Assembly: GCF_020541245.1 (NCBI RefSeq)
Contig: NZ_CP045876.1
Coordinates: 270,001-302,000, forward strand
DNA from: Candidatus Annandia pinicola
GTDB lineage: Bacteria > Pseudomonadota > Gammaproteobacteria > Enterobacterales > Enterobacteriaceae_A
Reading direction: 5' to 3'
DNA: 32,000 nucleotides
This document shows, piece after piece, positions 10,686-22,297 of the stretch; within the stretch, counting starts at the first letter, position 1; every line of letters begins with the position of its first letter. The notes under the pieces were generated by a model. It ran no database searches, had not been told where the DNA came from, and saw nothing but the letters and a program-made list of their open reading frames with translations. Made by a program: the position numbers and the translations under genes.

Positions 10686-11057
10686 TTATAAAACTTCAGG
10701 TGCTAAAGAAATTATTTTCATAAATTTAGAATTTCTTAATTCACGAGTTATAGGTCCAAAAATACGTGTACCAATTGGTTGATCATTTGTATTATTTAAT
10801 ATTACGCATGCATTACTATCAAATCTTATAATAGACCAATCTAATCTTCTAACTCCTTTTTTTGTTCTTACTATAACTGCTTTAAATACTTCACCTTTTT
10901 TTACTTTACTTTTAGGAATTGCTTCTTTAACAGTTATTTTAATAATATCTCCAATATTAGCATATTTTTTTTTTGATCCTCCTAAAACTTTAATACACAT
11001 TACTTTTTTAGCTCCAGAATTATCAGCTACATTTAATACAGTTTGTTCATAAATCAT
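10686..11057 (-). CDS. rplN: 50S ribosomal protein L14
   Basis: [28 protein letters not shown]...GPITRELR...[10 protein letters not shown] is nearly canonical L14. Confidence 0.97.
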   Translation of the reverse strand: MIYEQTVLNVADNSGAKKVMCIKVLGGSKKKYANIGDIIKITVKEAIPKSKVKKGEVFKAVIVRTKKGVRRLDWSIIRFDSNACVILNNTNDQPIGTRIFGPITRELRNSKFMKIISLAPEVL

Positions 11058-11125
11058 TTTTAATTTCCATAAAAATAATATTTTTTTATATTAATAATTT
11101 TAAAAATAATTATTTTATAAATTAT

Positions 11126-11380
11126 TTATCTTAAAATTTTAACTAAATTCCAACTTTTAATTTTTGATATTGGTTTACATGATTTAATTAAAACTAAATC
11201 ACCAATTTTACATTTATCATTTTCATCATGTATATGTATTTTAGTTATTTTTTTTATAAATTTACCATATATTAAATGTTTTACTATTCTTTTAATAATT
11301 ACTGTTGCTGTTTTTTTCATTTTTTTTTTAATAACAGTTCCATAAAATATATTATTTTTTTTTTTTAACATAATATTCAA
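11126..11380 (-). CDS. rpsQ: 30S ribosomal protein S17
   Basis: VKHLIYGKFIKKITKIHIHDENDKCKIGDLVLIKSCKPISKIKSWNLVKIL matches E. coli S17 ([48 protein letters not shown]). The exact start codon is uncertain (11380 or 11371); both overlap the rpmC 3' end. Confidence 0.93.
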   Translation of the reverse strand: MNIMLKKKNNIFYGTVIKKKMKKTATVIIKRIVKHLIYGKFIKKITKIHIHDENDKCKIGDLVLIKSCKPISKIKSWNLVKILR

Positions 11381-11564
11381 TCTTTTGTTTAATCATATTT
11401 TTAATTTTTGCAATATTTCTACGTTTTTTTTTTAATAAATGAGTTTTATTTAAAGATTTTAAAATTATTTTCATTTTTAAAATAAAGTATTGATATAATT
11501 CTCTAATAAGACAATGATTTATTTTTTTTAAAAAACAGAAAACAGTTAATATTTTTTTTTTCAT
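11352..11564 (-). CDS. rpmC: 50S ribosomal protein L29
   Basis: The divergent [43 protein letters not shown] aligns to E. coli L29 ([40 protein letters not shown]). It is in the correct slot between rplP and rpsQ. Confidence 0.85.
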   Translation of the reverse strand: MKKKILTVFCFLKKINHCLIRELYQYFILKMKIILKSLNKTHLLKKKRRNIAKIKNMIKQKIEYYVKKKK

Positions 11565-11977
11565 AATATTACCATTTTTTTTATTAAAATTGTTTTTACA
11601 GGTAATTTAGATGAAGCTATTTTTAAAGCTTTATAAGCAATATCTTGATTTACTCCATCTATTTCATATAATATTCTTCCTGGTTTAATTAAAATAACCC
11701 AATATTCCACATTACCTTTTCCTTTTCCCATACGTACTTCTAATGGTTTTTTTGTAATAGGTTTATCTGGAAAAATTCTAATCCATATTTTACCCTCTTT
11801 TTTAACATATCTAGACATTGAGCGACGAGCAGCTTCTATTTGTCTTGAAGTAATTCTGCCTCTTGTTATAGCTTTAAGAGCAAATTTTCCAAAAAATATA
11901 TTAGAACCTTTATTAGAAAACCCTCTATTTTTACCTTTTTGCATCTTTTTAAATTTGGTTTGTTTAGGTTGTAACAC
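11561..11977 (-). CDS. rplP: 50S ribosomal protein L16
   Basis: [19 protein letters not shown]...[50 protein letters not shown] is canonical L16. Confidence 0.97.
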   Translation of the reverse strand: MLQPKQTKFKKMQKGKNRGFSNKGSNIFFGKFALKAITRGRITSRQIEAARRSMSRYVKKEGKIWIRIFPDKPITKKPLEVRMGKGKGNVEYWVILIKPGRILYEIDGVNQDIAYKALKIASSKLPVKTILIKKMVIL

Positions 11978-12001
11978 AAATTTACCTCATTATTATTATT
12001 A

Positions 12002-12670
12002 CTATTTAGAAAAATAACTAGTTTTTTTTTTATTAATTAATTTATCTAATACTTCTCCTTTAAAAATCCAAACTTTAACACCAATTTTACCATAAGTAGT
12101 TTTTGCTTCTGAATGACTATAATCTATGTCAGCTCTTAAAGTATGCAATGGAACTCTACCTTCTCTATACCATTCAGTTCGAGCTATTTCAGATCCTCCT
12201 AAACGACCACTTATTTCAATTTTAATTCCTTGAGCGCCTGAATTCATTGCATTTTGTATTGCTCTTTTAATTGCTCTTTTAAATGATATTCTTTTTTCTA
12301 ATTGTAATGATATATTATTAGATACAATTTTAGAATCTAATTCTAAATCATATATTCCAATAACATTAATTTGGATTTTAACATTTATTATTTTAAATAA
12401 CTCAGTTTTAATTTTATTTAAAAGATCATTATTTTTATTTAAAATTGTACTAGGTTTTCCAGAATAAATATTAATATTAACTTTTTCTTTAATTCTTTCA
12501 ATTATAATTTTAGATATAGATGATTTATATAATTTTTTTTCTAAAAAATTACGAATTTTAAAATCAAAATTTACATTATTAGCAAATTCTTTTTTATTAG
12601 AAAACCAACAAGAATTATGTAATTTTACAATACCTAATCTCATTCCATTAGGATTAACTTTTTGACCCAT
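12002..12670 (-). CDS. rpsC: 30S ribosomal protein S3
   Basis: [16 protein letters not shown]... and ...[52 protein letters not shown] are S3 signatures. Confidence 0.97.
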   Translation of the reverse strand: MGQKVNPNGMRLGIVKLHNSCWFSNKKEFANNVNFDFKIRNFLEKKLYKSSISKIIIERIKEKVNINIYSGKPSTILNKNNDLLNKIKTELFKIINVKIQINVIGIYDLELDSKIVSNNISLQLEKRISFKRAIKRAIQNAMNSGAQGIKIEISGRLGGSEIARTEWYREGRVPLHTLRADIDYSHSEAKTTYGKIGVKVWIFKGEVLDKLINKKKTSYFSK

Positions 12671-12691
12671 AAAATTTTTTTTATCCTTTAA

Positions 12692-13021
12692 TTAATAATG
12701 TAAAACGATAGTAATATGACATTTTTTTTTTTTAATATAATCAGCTCTTCCTTTAGCTCTAGGTATAATTCTTTTATATGAAGGACCATCGTTAACATAT
12801 ATACTTTTTATTTTTAATTTATCTATATCAATAAAATTATAATCATCTGCATTTGAAATTGCAGCTTCTAATACTTTTCTTAAAATTACAGCAGATTTTT
12901 TATTAACATTATTTAATACGTCCAATGAAGTACATATTGCTTTTTTTCTTATTAAATTAGCCGCTAATCTCATTTTTTGAGCTGAAGAATTAACATAAAG
13001 GTATTTAGTTATAATATCCAT
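12692..13021 (-). CDS. rplV: 50S ribosomal protein L22
   Basis: SAQKMRLAANLIRKK...VLEAAISNA...PRAKGRADYIKKKKCHITIVL is the L22 core. 109 aa. Confidence 0.94.
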   Translation of the reverse strand: MDIITKYLYVNSSAQKMRLAANLIRKKAICTSLDVLNNVNKKSAVILRKVLEAAISNADDYNFIDIDKLKIKSIYVNDGPSYKRIIPRAKGRADYIKKKKCHITIVLHY

Positions 13022-13024
13022 ATT

Positions 13025-13318
13025 TTATTCTTTATTATTATTTTTTTTTATTTTTTTATCAGGACTATTATGACCTCGATATGTTCTTGTAAGAGAAAAT
13101 TCTCCTAACTTATGACCAACCATTTCTTCTAATATAAAAACAGGAATATGTTTTTTACCGTTATGTACAGCAATTGTTAAACCTATCATTTCCGGAAAAA
13201 TTGTAGAACGTCGTGACCAGGTTTTTATAGGTTTTTTATTTTTATTTTTTAAATGATTTTCAACTTTTTTTAATAAATGTAAATCAATAAATGGTCCTTT
13301 TTTAACAGATCTGCTCAT
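13025..13318 (-). CDS. rpsS: 30S ribosomal protein S19
   Basis: [20 protein letters not shown]...[48 protein letters not shown] is canonical S19. Confidence 0.97.
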   Translation of the reverse strand: MSRSVKKGPFIDLHLLKKVENHLKNKNKKPIKTWSRRSTIFPEMIGLTIAVHNGKKHIPVFILEEMVGHKLGEFSLTRTYRGHNSPDKKIKKNNNKE

Positions 13319-13336
13319 AATATCCTTAAAAATTAT

Positions 13337-14158
13337 TTATTTTCTATGATGAATAATAAATTTTTCTGTTCTTTTATTTTTTCTAGTTTTTTTACCTTTA
13401 GTTTTTATACCCCAAGGTGTAACTGGATGTTTACCAAAATTTCTACCTTCACCACCACCGTGAGGATGATCTATAGGATTCATAGCTGTTCCTCTTACTG
13501 TTGGTCTTATACCTCTCCATCTTGATGCTCCTGCTTTACCTAATGATACTAACATTTTTTTTTCATTACTAACAACTCCAATTGTTGCTCTACATTTATT
13601 TTCTATTTTACGCGTTTCTCCAGAACGTAACTTTAAAAAAGAATATATTTTTTCTTTAGAAATTATTCTTGCATAACTTCCAGCTGATCTTGATAATTGC
13701 CCCCCTTTACCAGGTTTAATTTCTATATTATGTACTATAGATCCTATTGGTATAAATTCTATAGGTAATGTATTACCATTTTTAATAGGAGCTTTGGGCC
13801 CTGACTGAATATATTCACCTACTTTCATATTTTTAGTAGCTAAAATATATTTTTTTTTACCATTAGAATACATAATTAATGCAATATTTGCTGTTCTATT
13901 AGGATCATATTCTAATTTTAATATAATAGCTGTAAGATTATCAGTGTTTCTTTTAAAATCAATAATACGATACATGTTTTTACTTCCACCACCAATATGC
14001 CTAGTAGTTATTCTACCATTATTATTTCTACCACCTGTTTTATTTTTTTTTTTTATTAATTTATAATATGGTTTATTTTTATTATCTATTTCATTATTAA
14101 TTAATTTAATAACATGTCGTCTACCAGGAGATGTAGGTTTACACTTAATAATATTCAT
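13337..14158 (-). CDS. rplB: 50S ribosomal protein L2
   Basis: KPTSPGRRH...[27 protein letters not shown] is the canonical L2 core. 273 aa. Confidence 0.97.
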   Translation of the reverse strand: MNIIKCKPTSPGRRHVIKLINNEIDNKNKPYYKLIKKKNKTGGRNNNGRITTRHIGGGSKNMYRIIDFKRNTDNLTAIILKLEYDPNRTANIALIMYSNGKKKYILATKNMKVGEYIQSGPKAPIKNGNTLPIEFIPIGSIVHNIEIKPGKGGQLSRSAGSYARIISKEKIYSFLKLRSGETRKIENKCRATIGVVSNEKKMLVSLGKAGASRWRGIRPTVRGTAMNPIDHPHGGGEGRNFGKHPVTPWGIKTKGKKTRKNKRTEKFIIHHRK

Positions 14159-14478
14159 TTTACCTGTTTATTTGTAATTTTAAGATTTGGAAGTCCTATA
14201 TATATTTTTTCTTTAAAAGAAATATATACTTTTTTCCAACTTTTATGATAATGTATAAATTTTCCTCTTTTTATTTTTTTTTTTTTTACAATTAATGTAT
14301 TTATACTAATTAAACTTGTGTTAAATATTTGTATAATTGCTTTTTTAATTTCTTTTTTATTAGTTTTTAAAGAAGTTTTAAATATAAATTTATTACCTTC
14401 TTTATTTAAAAAAGAAATTCTTTGAGATATAAAAGGTTTCTTTAATGTTAAATAAAGTTTTTTATCTATTATTTTCAT
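14155..14478 (-). CDS. rplW: 50S ribosomal protein L23
   Basis: Divergent but alignable to L23 ([12 protein letters not shown]....[29 protein letters not shown]). It has ATGA overlaps with rplD and rplB, in the S10-operon slot. Confidence 0.88.
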   Translation of the reverse strand: MKIIDKKLYLTLKKPFISQRISFLNKEGNKFIFKTSLKTNKKEIKKAIIQIFNTSLISINTLIVKKKKIKRGKFIHYHKSWKKVYISFKEKIYIGLPNLKITNKQVK

Positions 14479-15080
14479 TTTAAAGATTTCTCTATTTTTC
14501 TAATAGAATCTAAAGTAATAATAACTTTATCACAAGATAATAGCTTTAATATATTCATAGATCTTAAATAACATATATTAAATTTATATAAATTTCTAGA
14601 AGCTAACATAATATTTATATCATAATAATTTATTATTATTAAAATTTTTTTAAAATTAATTTTTTTTACTTTATTAATTAAACTTTTTGTATTATAATTT
14701 TTTAAATAAAATTTATTAAATATTAATAATCTTTTTTGTCTTATTAATTCTGATAAAATAATTTTTAAAGCATTACAATACATTTTTTTATTTATTTTTT
14801 GACTATAATTTTGTAATTTAGCTGCAAATGTAACTCCACCACTACGCCATATAGGACTTTTTTTAGAACCAGCTCTAGCATTTCCAGTTCCCTTTTGTTT
14901 CCAAGGTTTTTTGTTAGAACCTGATACTAAAGAACGATTTTTTTGTGAATGTGTACCTTGTCTATATTTTAATGAATAAGAAACTATGACTTGATGAAGT
15001 AATGTTTTATTAAAACTTTTATTAAATATACTATCCGAGATTTCTACATTTTTTTTTTTATCATATAACATTATTATCAT
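14475..15080 (-). CDS. rplD: 50S ribosomal protein L4
   Basis: [58 protein letters not shown] is the L4 core. 201 aa. Confidence 0.96.
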   Translation of the reverse strand: MIIMLYDKKKNVEISDSIFNKSFNKTLLHQVIVSYSLKYRQGTHSQKNRSLVSGSNKKPWKQKGTGNARAGSKKSPIWRSGGVTFAAKLQNYSQKINKKMYCNALKIILSELIRQKRLLIFNKFYLKNYNTKSLINKVKKINFKKILIIINYYDINIMLASRNLYKFNICYLRSMNILKLLSCDKVIITLDSIRKIEKSLK

Positions 15081-15733
15081 GTTAGTTTTATTTTTTTATT
15101 TTTTTTAATAGAGGGTTTTATAATTACATAACTATTTAAATGTCCAGGTATTGAACCTTTTATTAAAAGTAAATTATTTTTTGTATCGATTTCTGAAATA
15201 GCTAAATTTTGTATAGTTGTTTTTTTATTACCTAAATGACCTGACATTTTTTTTCCTTTAAAAACTCTTCCGGGTGTTTGATTTTGACCTATAGATCCAG
15301 GGGCTCTATGAGATAATGAATTACCATGAGTTGCATCTTGTAAACTAAAATTCCATTTTTTTATTGTACCAGAAAAACCCTTACCTTTAGATATTCCTGT
15401 AACATCAACATTTTTAACACCAATAAATTGATCAACATTTAAATCTTGTCCTAATAAAAATCCTTGATTTTCTTCGCAAGAAGTTTTAAATTCCCATAAA
15501 CCACATCCTGGTTCTACAAAAGCTTTAAAAAAATGTCCTTCAATAGGTTTTTTAACACGACAATCTTTTTTATAACCAGCAGTAACTTGTAATGAAAAAT
15601 AGTTATTTTTTTTTAAATTTTTAATTTGTGTAACACGATTTGTAATTATATGAATTATTGTTATTGGTACAGAATTTCCATTTTTTTCAAATGACCTTGT
15701 CATTCCGTATTTTATACCTATTAAACCCATCAT
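15077..15733 (-). CDS. rplC: 50S ribosomal protein L3
   Basis: [15 protein letters not shown]... and ...[34 protein letters not shown] are L3 signatures. Confidence 0.96.
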   Translation of the reverse strand: MMGLIGIKYGMTRSFEKNGNSVPITIIHIITNRVTQIKNLKKNNYFSLQVTAGYKKDCRVKKPIEGHFFKAFVEPGCGLWEFKTSCEENQGFLLGQDLNVDQFIGVKNVDVTGISKGKGFSGTIKKWNFSLQDATHGNSLSHRAPGSIGQNQTPGRVFKGKKMSGHLGNKKTTIQNLAISEIDTKNNLLLIKGSIPGHLNSYVIIKPSIKKNKKIKLT

Positions 15734-15772
15734 AAAATATTATAAAAAACCTCTTTTATTGTATTATAAAAT

Positions 15773-16084
15773 TTAATAAATACTAATATTTATACTAATT
15801 CCAGAAACTAAATCCATATGCATTAATGAATCTATTATTTTTTCATTTGGTTTTATTATATCAATAAAGTGTTTATATGTACGTATTTCATATTGATCAC
15901 GAGCATCTTTGTGTACGTGTGGAGAAGTTAATACAGTAAATTTTTCTATTTTTGTAGGTAAACAAATAGGACCTCTTATATTTACACCATTTAAATAAAC
16001 AACTTCAATAATTTTAATCATTTCTTTATAAATTATATTATAATTAAATGATTTAAAAGTAATACGTAAAATTGAATTATACAT
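15773..16084 (-). CDS. rpsJ: 30S ribosomal protein S10
   Basis: IRGPICLPTKIEKFTVLTSPHVHKDARDQYEIRTYKHFIDII.P matches E. coli S10. It is the first gene of the S10 operon. Confidence 0.97.
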   Translation of the reverse strand: MYNSILRITFKSFNYNIIYKEMIKIIEVVYLNGVNIRGPICLPTKIEKFTVLTSPHVHKDARDQYEIRTYKHFIDIIKPNEKIIDSLMHMDLVSGISINISIY

Positions 16085-16148
16085 TATATTAATATTTCCA
16101 AATAAAATAAATAATTTAAAAATTATAAAATTGCAAAATAATTTTAAT

Positions 16149-16222
16149 TGCTGATGTCCAGATTTGAACTGGAGACCTCACCCTTACCAAGGGTGTGCTC
16201 TTACCTACTGAGCTACATCAGC
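16149..16222 (-). tRNA. thrT: tRNA-Thr (anticodon GGU)
   Basis: The reverse complement is GCTGATGTAGCTCAGTAGGTAAGAGCACACCCTTGGTAAGGGTGAGGTCTCCAGTTCAAATCTGGACATCAGCA. It folds as a cloverleaf with anticodon loop TTGGTAA. No CCA is encoded. Confidence 0.93.
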
Positions 16223-16264
16223 TATATTATAAATAATATTTTTTAATTAATAAATTATTATTTT

Positions 16265-16335
16265 AGCGGATAGCGGGGATCGAACCCGCGTATTTAGCTT
16301 GGAAGGCTAAAGTAATACCATTATACTATATCCGC
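16265..16335 (-). tRNA. glyT: tRNA-Gly (anticodon UCC)
   Basis: The reverse complement is GCGGATATAGTATAATGGTATTACTTTAGCCTTCCAAGCTAAATACGCGGGTTCGATCCCCGCTATCCGCT, with anticodon loop CTTCCAA. No CCA is encoded. Confidence 0.92.
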
Positions 16336-16367
16336 AAATTATTATAATATAACAGTAATTATTTATA

Positions 16368-16449
16368 TGGTGGGAGAAGGATTCGAACCTTCGAAGTCAA
16401 TGACGGCAGATTTACAGTCTGCTCCCTTTAACCACTCGGGAATCCCACC
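16368..16449 (-). tRNA. tyrU: tRNA-Tyr (anticodon GUA), long variable arm
   Basis: The reverse complement is GGTGGGATTCCCGAGTGGTTAAAGGGAGCAGACTGTAAATCTGCCGTCATTGACTTCGAAGGTTCGAATCCTTCTCCCACCA, with anticodon loop CTGTAAA. It is a class II tRNA. Confidence 0.92.
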
Positions 16450-16489
16450 TAAAAATGTATTTTTTTTTTTTTTTAAAATTTTATTAGAT

Positions 16490-16562
<73 letters not shown>

Positions 16563-16646
16563 CAAAAAAAAAAAAAAAAAAAATTATCTTTAAAAAATAG
16601 TAAATGGTTTATAATTTAAAAAAAATATAATATATAAAAAATTATT

Positions 16647-16655
16647 GGGGGGGGG
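16647..16655. repeat. Isolated G9 homopolymer (C9 on the minus strand) in the 5S-thrU spacer
   Basis: Counted directly: ...AAAAAATTATT-GGGGGGGGG-TTATTTTTAAA. Confidence 0.9.
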
Positions 16656-16677
16656 TTATTTTTAAATTCTAAATTTA

Positions 16678-16797
16678 TAATCTGGCAGTATCCTACTCTC
16701 GCACAGGGAAACCCCGCACTACCATTGGCGCTACAGCGTTTCACTTCTGAGTTCGGTATGGGATCAGGTGGTTCCACTAAGCTATTACCGCCAGAAA
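16678..16797 (-). rRNA. rrf: 5S ribosomal RNA
   Basis: The reverse complement ...CTGGCGGTAATAGCTTAGTGGAACCACCTGATCCCATACCGAACTCAGAAGTGAAACGCTGTAGCGCCAATGGTAGTGCGGGG...GAGAGTAGGATACTGCCAGA aligns along its full length to E. coli 5S. Ends are accurate to a few nt. Confidence 0.93.
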
Positions 16798-16835
16798 AAA
16801 AATATAGATAGTTTCATTTTTCAAATAAAATTATA

Positions 16836-19837
<3,002 letters not shown>

Positions 19838-19860
19838 AATTTTATTAAAATATTATTACA

Positions 19861-19933
19861 TGGAGTTAAGCGGAGTTGAACCGCTGACCTCCTGCTTGCA
19901 AAGCAGGCGCTCTACCAACTAAGCTATAACCCC
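19861..19933 (-). tRNA. alaT: tRNA-Ala (anticodon UGC) in the 16S-23S spacer
   Basis: The reverse complement is GGGGTTATAGCTTAGTTGGTAGAGCGCCTGCTTTGCAAGCAGGAGGTCAGCGGTTCAACTCCGCTTAACTCCA. The G3:U70 identity pair is retained and the anticodon loop is TTTGCAA. Confidence 0.93.
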
Positions 19934-19949
19934 CTTACTGAAAAAAAAA

Positions 19950-20024
19950 TAGGCTTGAGTGGATTCGAACCACCGACCTCACCCTTATCAGGGGTGTGCT
20001 CTAAACCTTCTGAGCTACAAGCCT
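19950..20024 (-). tRNA. ileT: tRNA-Ile (anticodon GAU) in the 16S-23S spacer
   Basis: The reverse complement is AGGCTTGTAGCTCAGAAGGTTTAGAGCACACCCCTGATAAGGGTGAGGTCGGTGGTTCGAATCCACTCAAGCCTA, near-identical to E. coli ileT. The anticodon loop is CTGATAA. Confidence 0.94.
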
Positions 20025-20101
20025 ATTTATTACAATAAAAATTATAAAATACTCAATTTTTTTAATAATTTAAGGAGGTAATCCAACCACAGGTTCCCCT
20101 A

Positions 20102-20132
<31 letters not shown>

Positions 20133-20197
20133 TGAGTCACAAAGTGGTAAGTTATTTCCTTGTTAAGAAGGTTAATTTTCTTACTTCTTTTGCAAAC

Positions 20198-20233
<36 letters not shown>

Positions 20234-20409
20234 TGGAAACATATTCACCGTGGCATGCTGATCCACGATTACTAGCGATTCCGACTTCGTGGAGTCGAGT
20301 TGCAGACTCCAGTCCGAACTAAGACATATTTTATAAGATTGGCTTTATTTTGCAATATTGCATCTCTTTGTATATGCCATTGTAGCACGTGTGTAGCCCT
20401 GGTCATAAG

Positions 20410-20445
<36 letters not shown>

Positions 20446-20507
20446 AGTTTATCACTGGCAGTCTCCTTTGAGTTCCTGAATAAATAAAATTCTATGGCAA
20501 CAAAGAA

Positions 20508-20543
<36 letters not shown>

Positions 20544-20549
20544 TTCACA

Positions 20550-20581
<32 letters not shown>

Positions 20582-20657
20582 CTCACAATTCAAATTGCAC
20601 TTCTACATTTCTGTAAAATTTTGTGGATGTCAAGACCAGGTAAGGTTTTACGCGTTG

Positions 20658-20691
<34 letters not shown>

Positions 20692-20816
20692 AGGCCCCCG
20701 TCAATTCATTTGAGTTTTAGCCTTGCGACCGTACTCCCCAGGCGGTCGACTTAACGCGTTAGCTACAGAGATTAAAAGTCTTGCTTCCAACCTCTTAGTC
20801 GACATCGTTTACAGCA

Positions 20817-20847
<31 letters not shown>

Positions 20848-21081
20848 ACCCATGCTTTCGCATTTGAGCGTCAGTTATCGTCCAGGAGGCCGCCTTCGCC
20901 ACTGATATTCCTCTAGATATCTATGCATTTCACCGCTACACCTAGAATTCTACCTCCCTCTACGAAACTCTAGCCTATTAGTTTCAAATGCAGTTCCTAA
21001 ATTAAGTCTAGGGATTTCACATCTGACTTAATAAACCACCTACATGCTCTTTACGCCCAGTAATTCCGATTAACGCTAGCA

Positions 21082-21126
<45 letters not shown>

Positions 21127-21444
21127 CTTCTATAGCTAACGTCTGACAATAAAATTATTAATTTTATTATCTTCTTATGCTATCGAAAGTACTTTACAAC
21201 CCTAAGGTCTTCTTCATACACGCGACATAGCTGCATCAGGCTTGCGCCCATTGTGCAATATTCCCCACTGCTGCCTCCCGTAAGAGTCTGGACCGTATCT
21301 CAGTTCCAGTGTGGCTGGTCATCCTCTCAGACCAACTAGAGATCGTGGCCTTGGTAAGCCTTTACCTTACCAACAAGCTAATCTCGTCTAGGCTCATCTA
21401 ACAGCGCGAGAGCATATATTATTAAAATTATTCCCGCTTTGGTC

Positions 21445-21777
21445 ATCAATAGTGATAAATTTATAAAAATTTATATTTTATAAGATAATTTATATTATAA
21501 AAAATTATAATATAAATTATATTATTATAAATTTTTTTTTTAAAATGATATTTATTTAAATCTTAAACTTAAATATAAATAGTATTATAAAAGTATGTTA
21601 AATACTTATTTATAACTATTTAAAAAATATTAATTTTTATAAATCATTAATATTTACATTTTAAATAAGATTAAATTTTATATTAATTTTTAGTTACTAC
21701 AAAATCAATATAAAACTTAAATATTTATAAAAATATAAATCACCATTTATTTTAAAATATTGACTAAAATAAATATT
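21445..21777 (-). other. Intervening sequence / expansion segment inside the 16S gene, replacing the helix-9 loop
   Basis: In RNA sense the conserved GCTAATACCATATAATGTC is followed by about 333 nt of almost pure A/T. Conserved sequence then resumes at GACCAAAGCGGG...CTGTTAGATGAGCC. E. coli has only GTC-GCAA-GAC at this point. Confidence 0.8.
21485..21520. repeat. Perfect 16-bp inverted repeat with a 4-nt loop inside the 16S insertion
   Basis: ATAATTTATATTATAA-AAAA-TTATAATATAAATTAT. The two arms are exact reverse complements. Confidence 0.85.
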
Positions 21778-22079
21778 GACATTATATGGTATTAGCTATC
21801 GTTTCCAATAGTTATCCCATTCTGCTAGGTAGATTCCTAGATATTACTCACCCGTTCGCCGCTTTTTGTCATCTAACTTAAACAAAATTCGCACGACTTG
21901 CATGTGTTAAGCCTGTCGCTAGCGTTCAATCTGAGCCATGATCAAACTCTTCAATTGTAAAAACCCAGATACAAACTTCTAGTATTTTAAAATTTATAAA
22001 ACAAAAAATTTAAAAATCAAATATATTAAAAATTGTTTTAGCTATTTTCAATATATTATCAAATTAAATAGTATAAAAT

Positions 22080-22107
22080 ATAATACTACATTTTAAATAA
22101 TAGTCAA
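22080..22107 (-). promoter_or_regulatory. Candidate sigma70-type promoter for the rRNA operon
   Basis: The minus strand reads TTGACT-N16-TATTAT (or N17-ATTATA), about 125-150 nt upstream of the 16S 5' end. A G/C-containing -35 hexamer is rare in this spacer, but -10-like hexamers are everywhere in such A/T-rich DNA. Confidence 0.3.
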
Positions 22108-22297
22108 ACTTTTCTTTTATATTCTTAAATCTTGAGGTGTTTTGTTAGAAATAGAGCAATTTTAATTATTAATTAAAAAAATAAAAATAATTGAAAAAAA
22201 TAATTATAAAAAAAATATAAAATTAATTTAAAAAAATATATTATTATAAAATATAATTTAAAAAAAAATATTATTTAATTTTTATAAAGGAATTATT

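Noticed and set aside
22031-22157. boxA-like antiterminator sequences upstream of 16S (minus strand TAGCTAAAACAATTT at about 22031-22045; TGCTCTATTTCTAACAAAA at about 22139-22157)
   Set aside because: Both are only partial matches to TGCTCTTTAACAATTTA. The better-looking one lies upstream of the only plausible promoter, which is the wrong side. In this composition AACAATTT-type strings are frequent, so there is not enough support.
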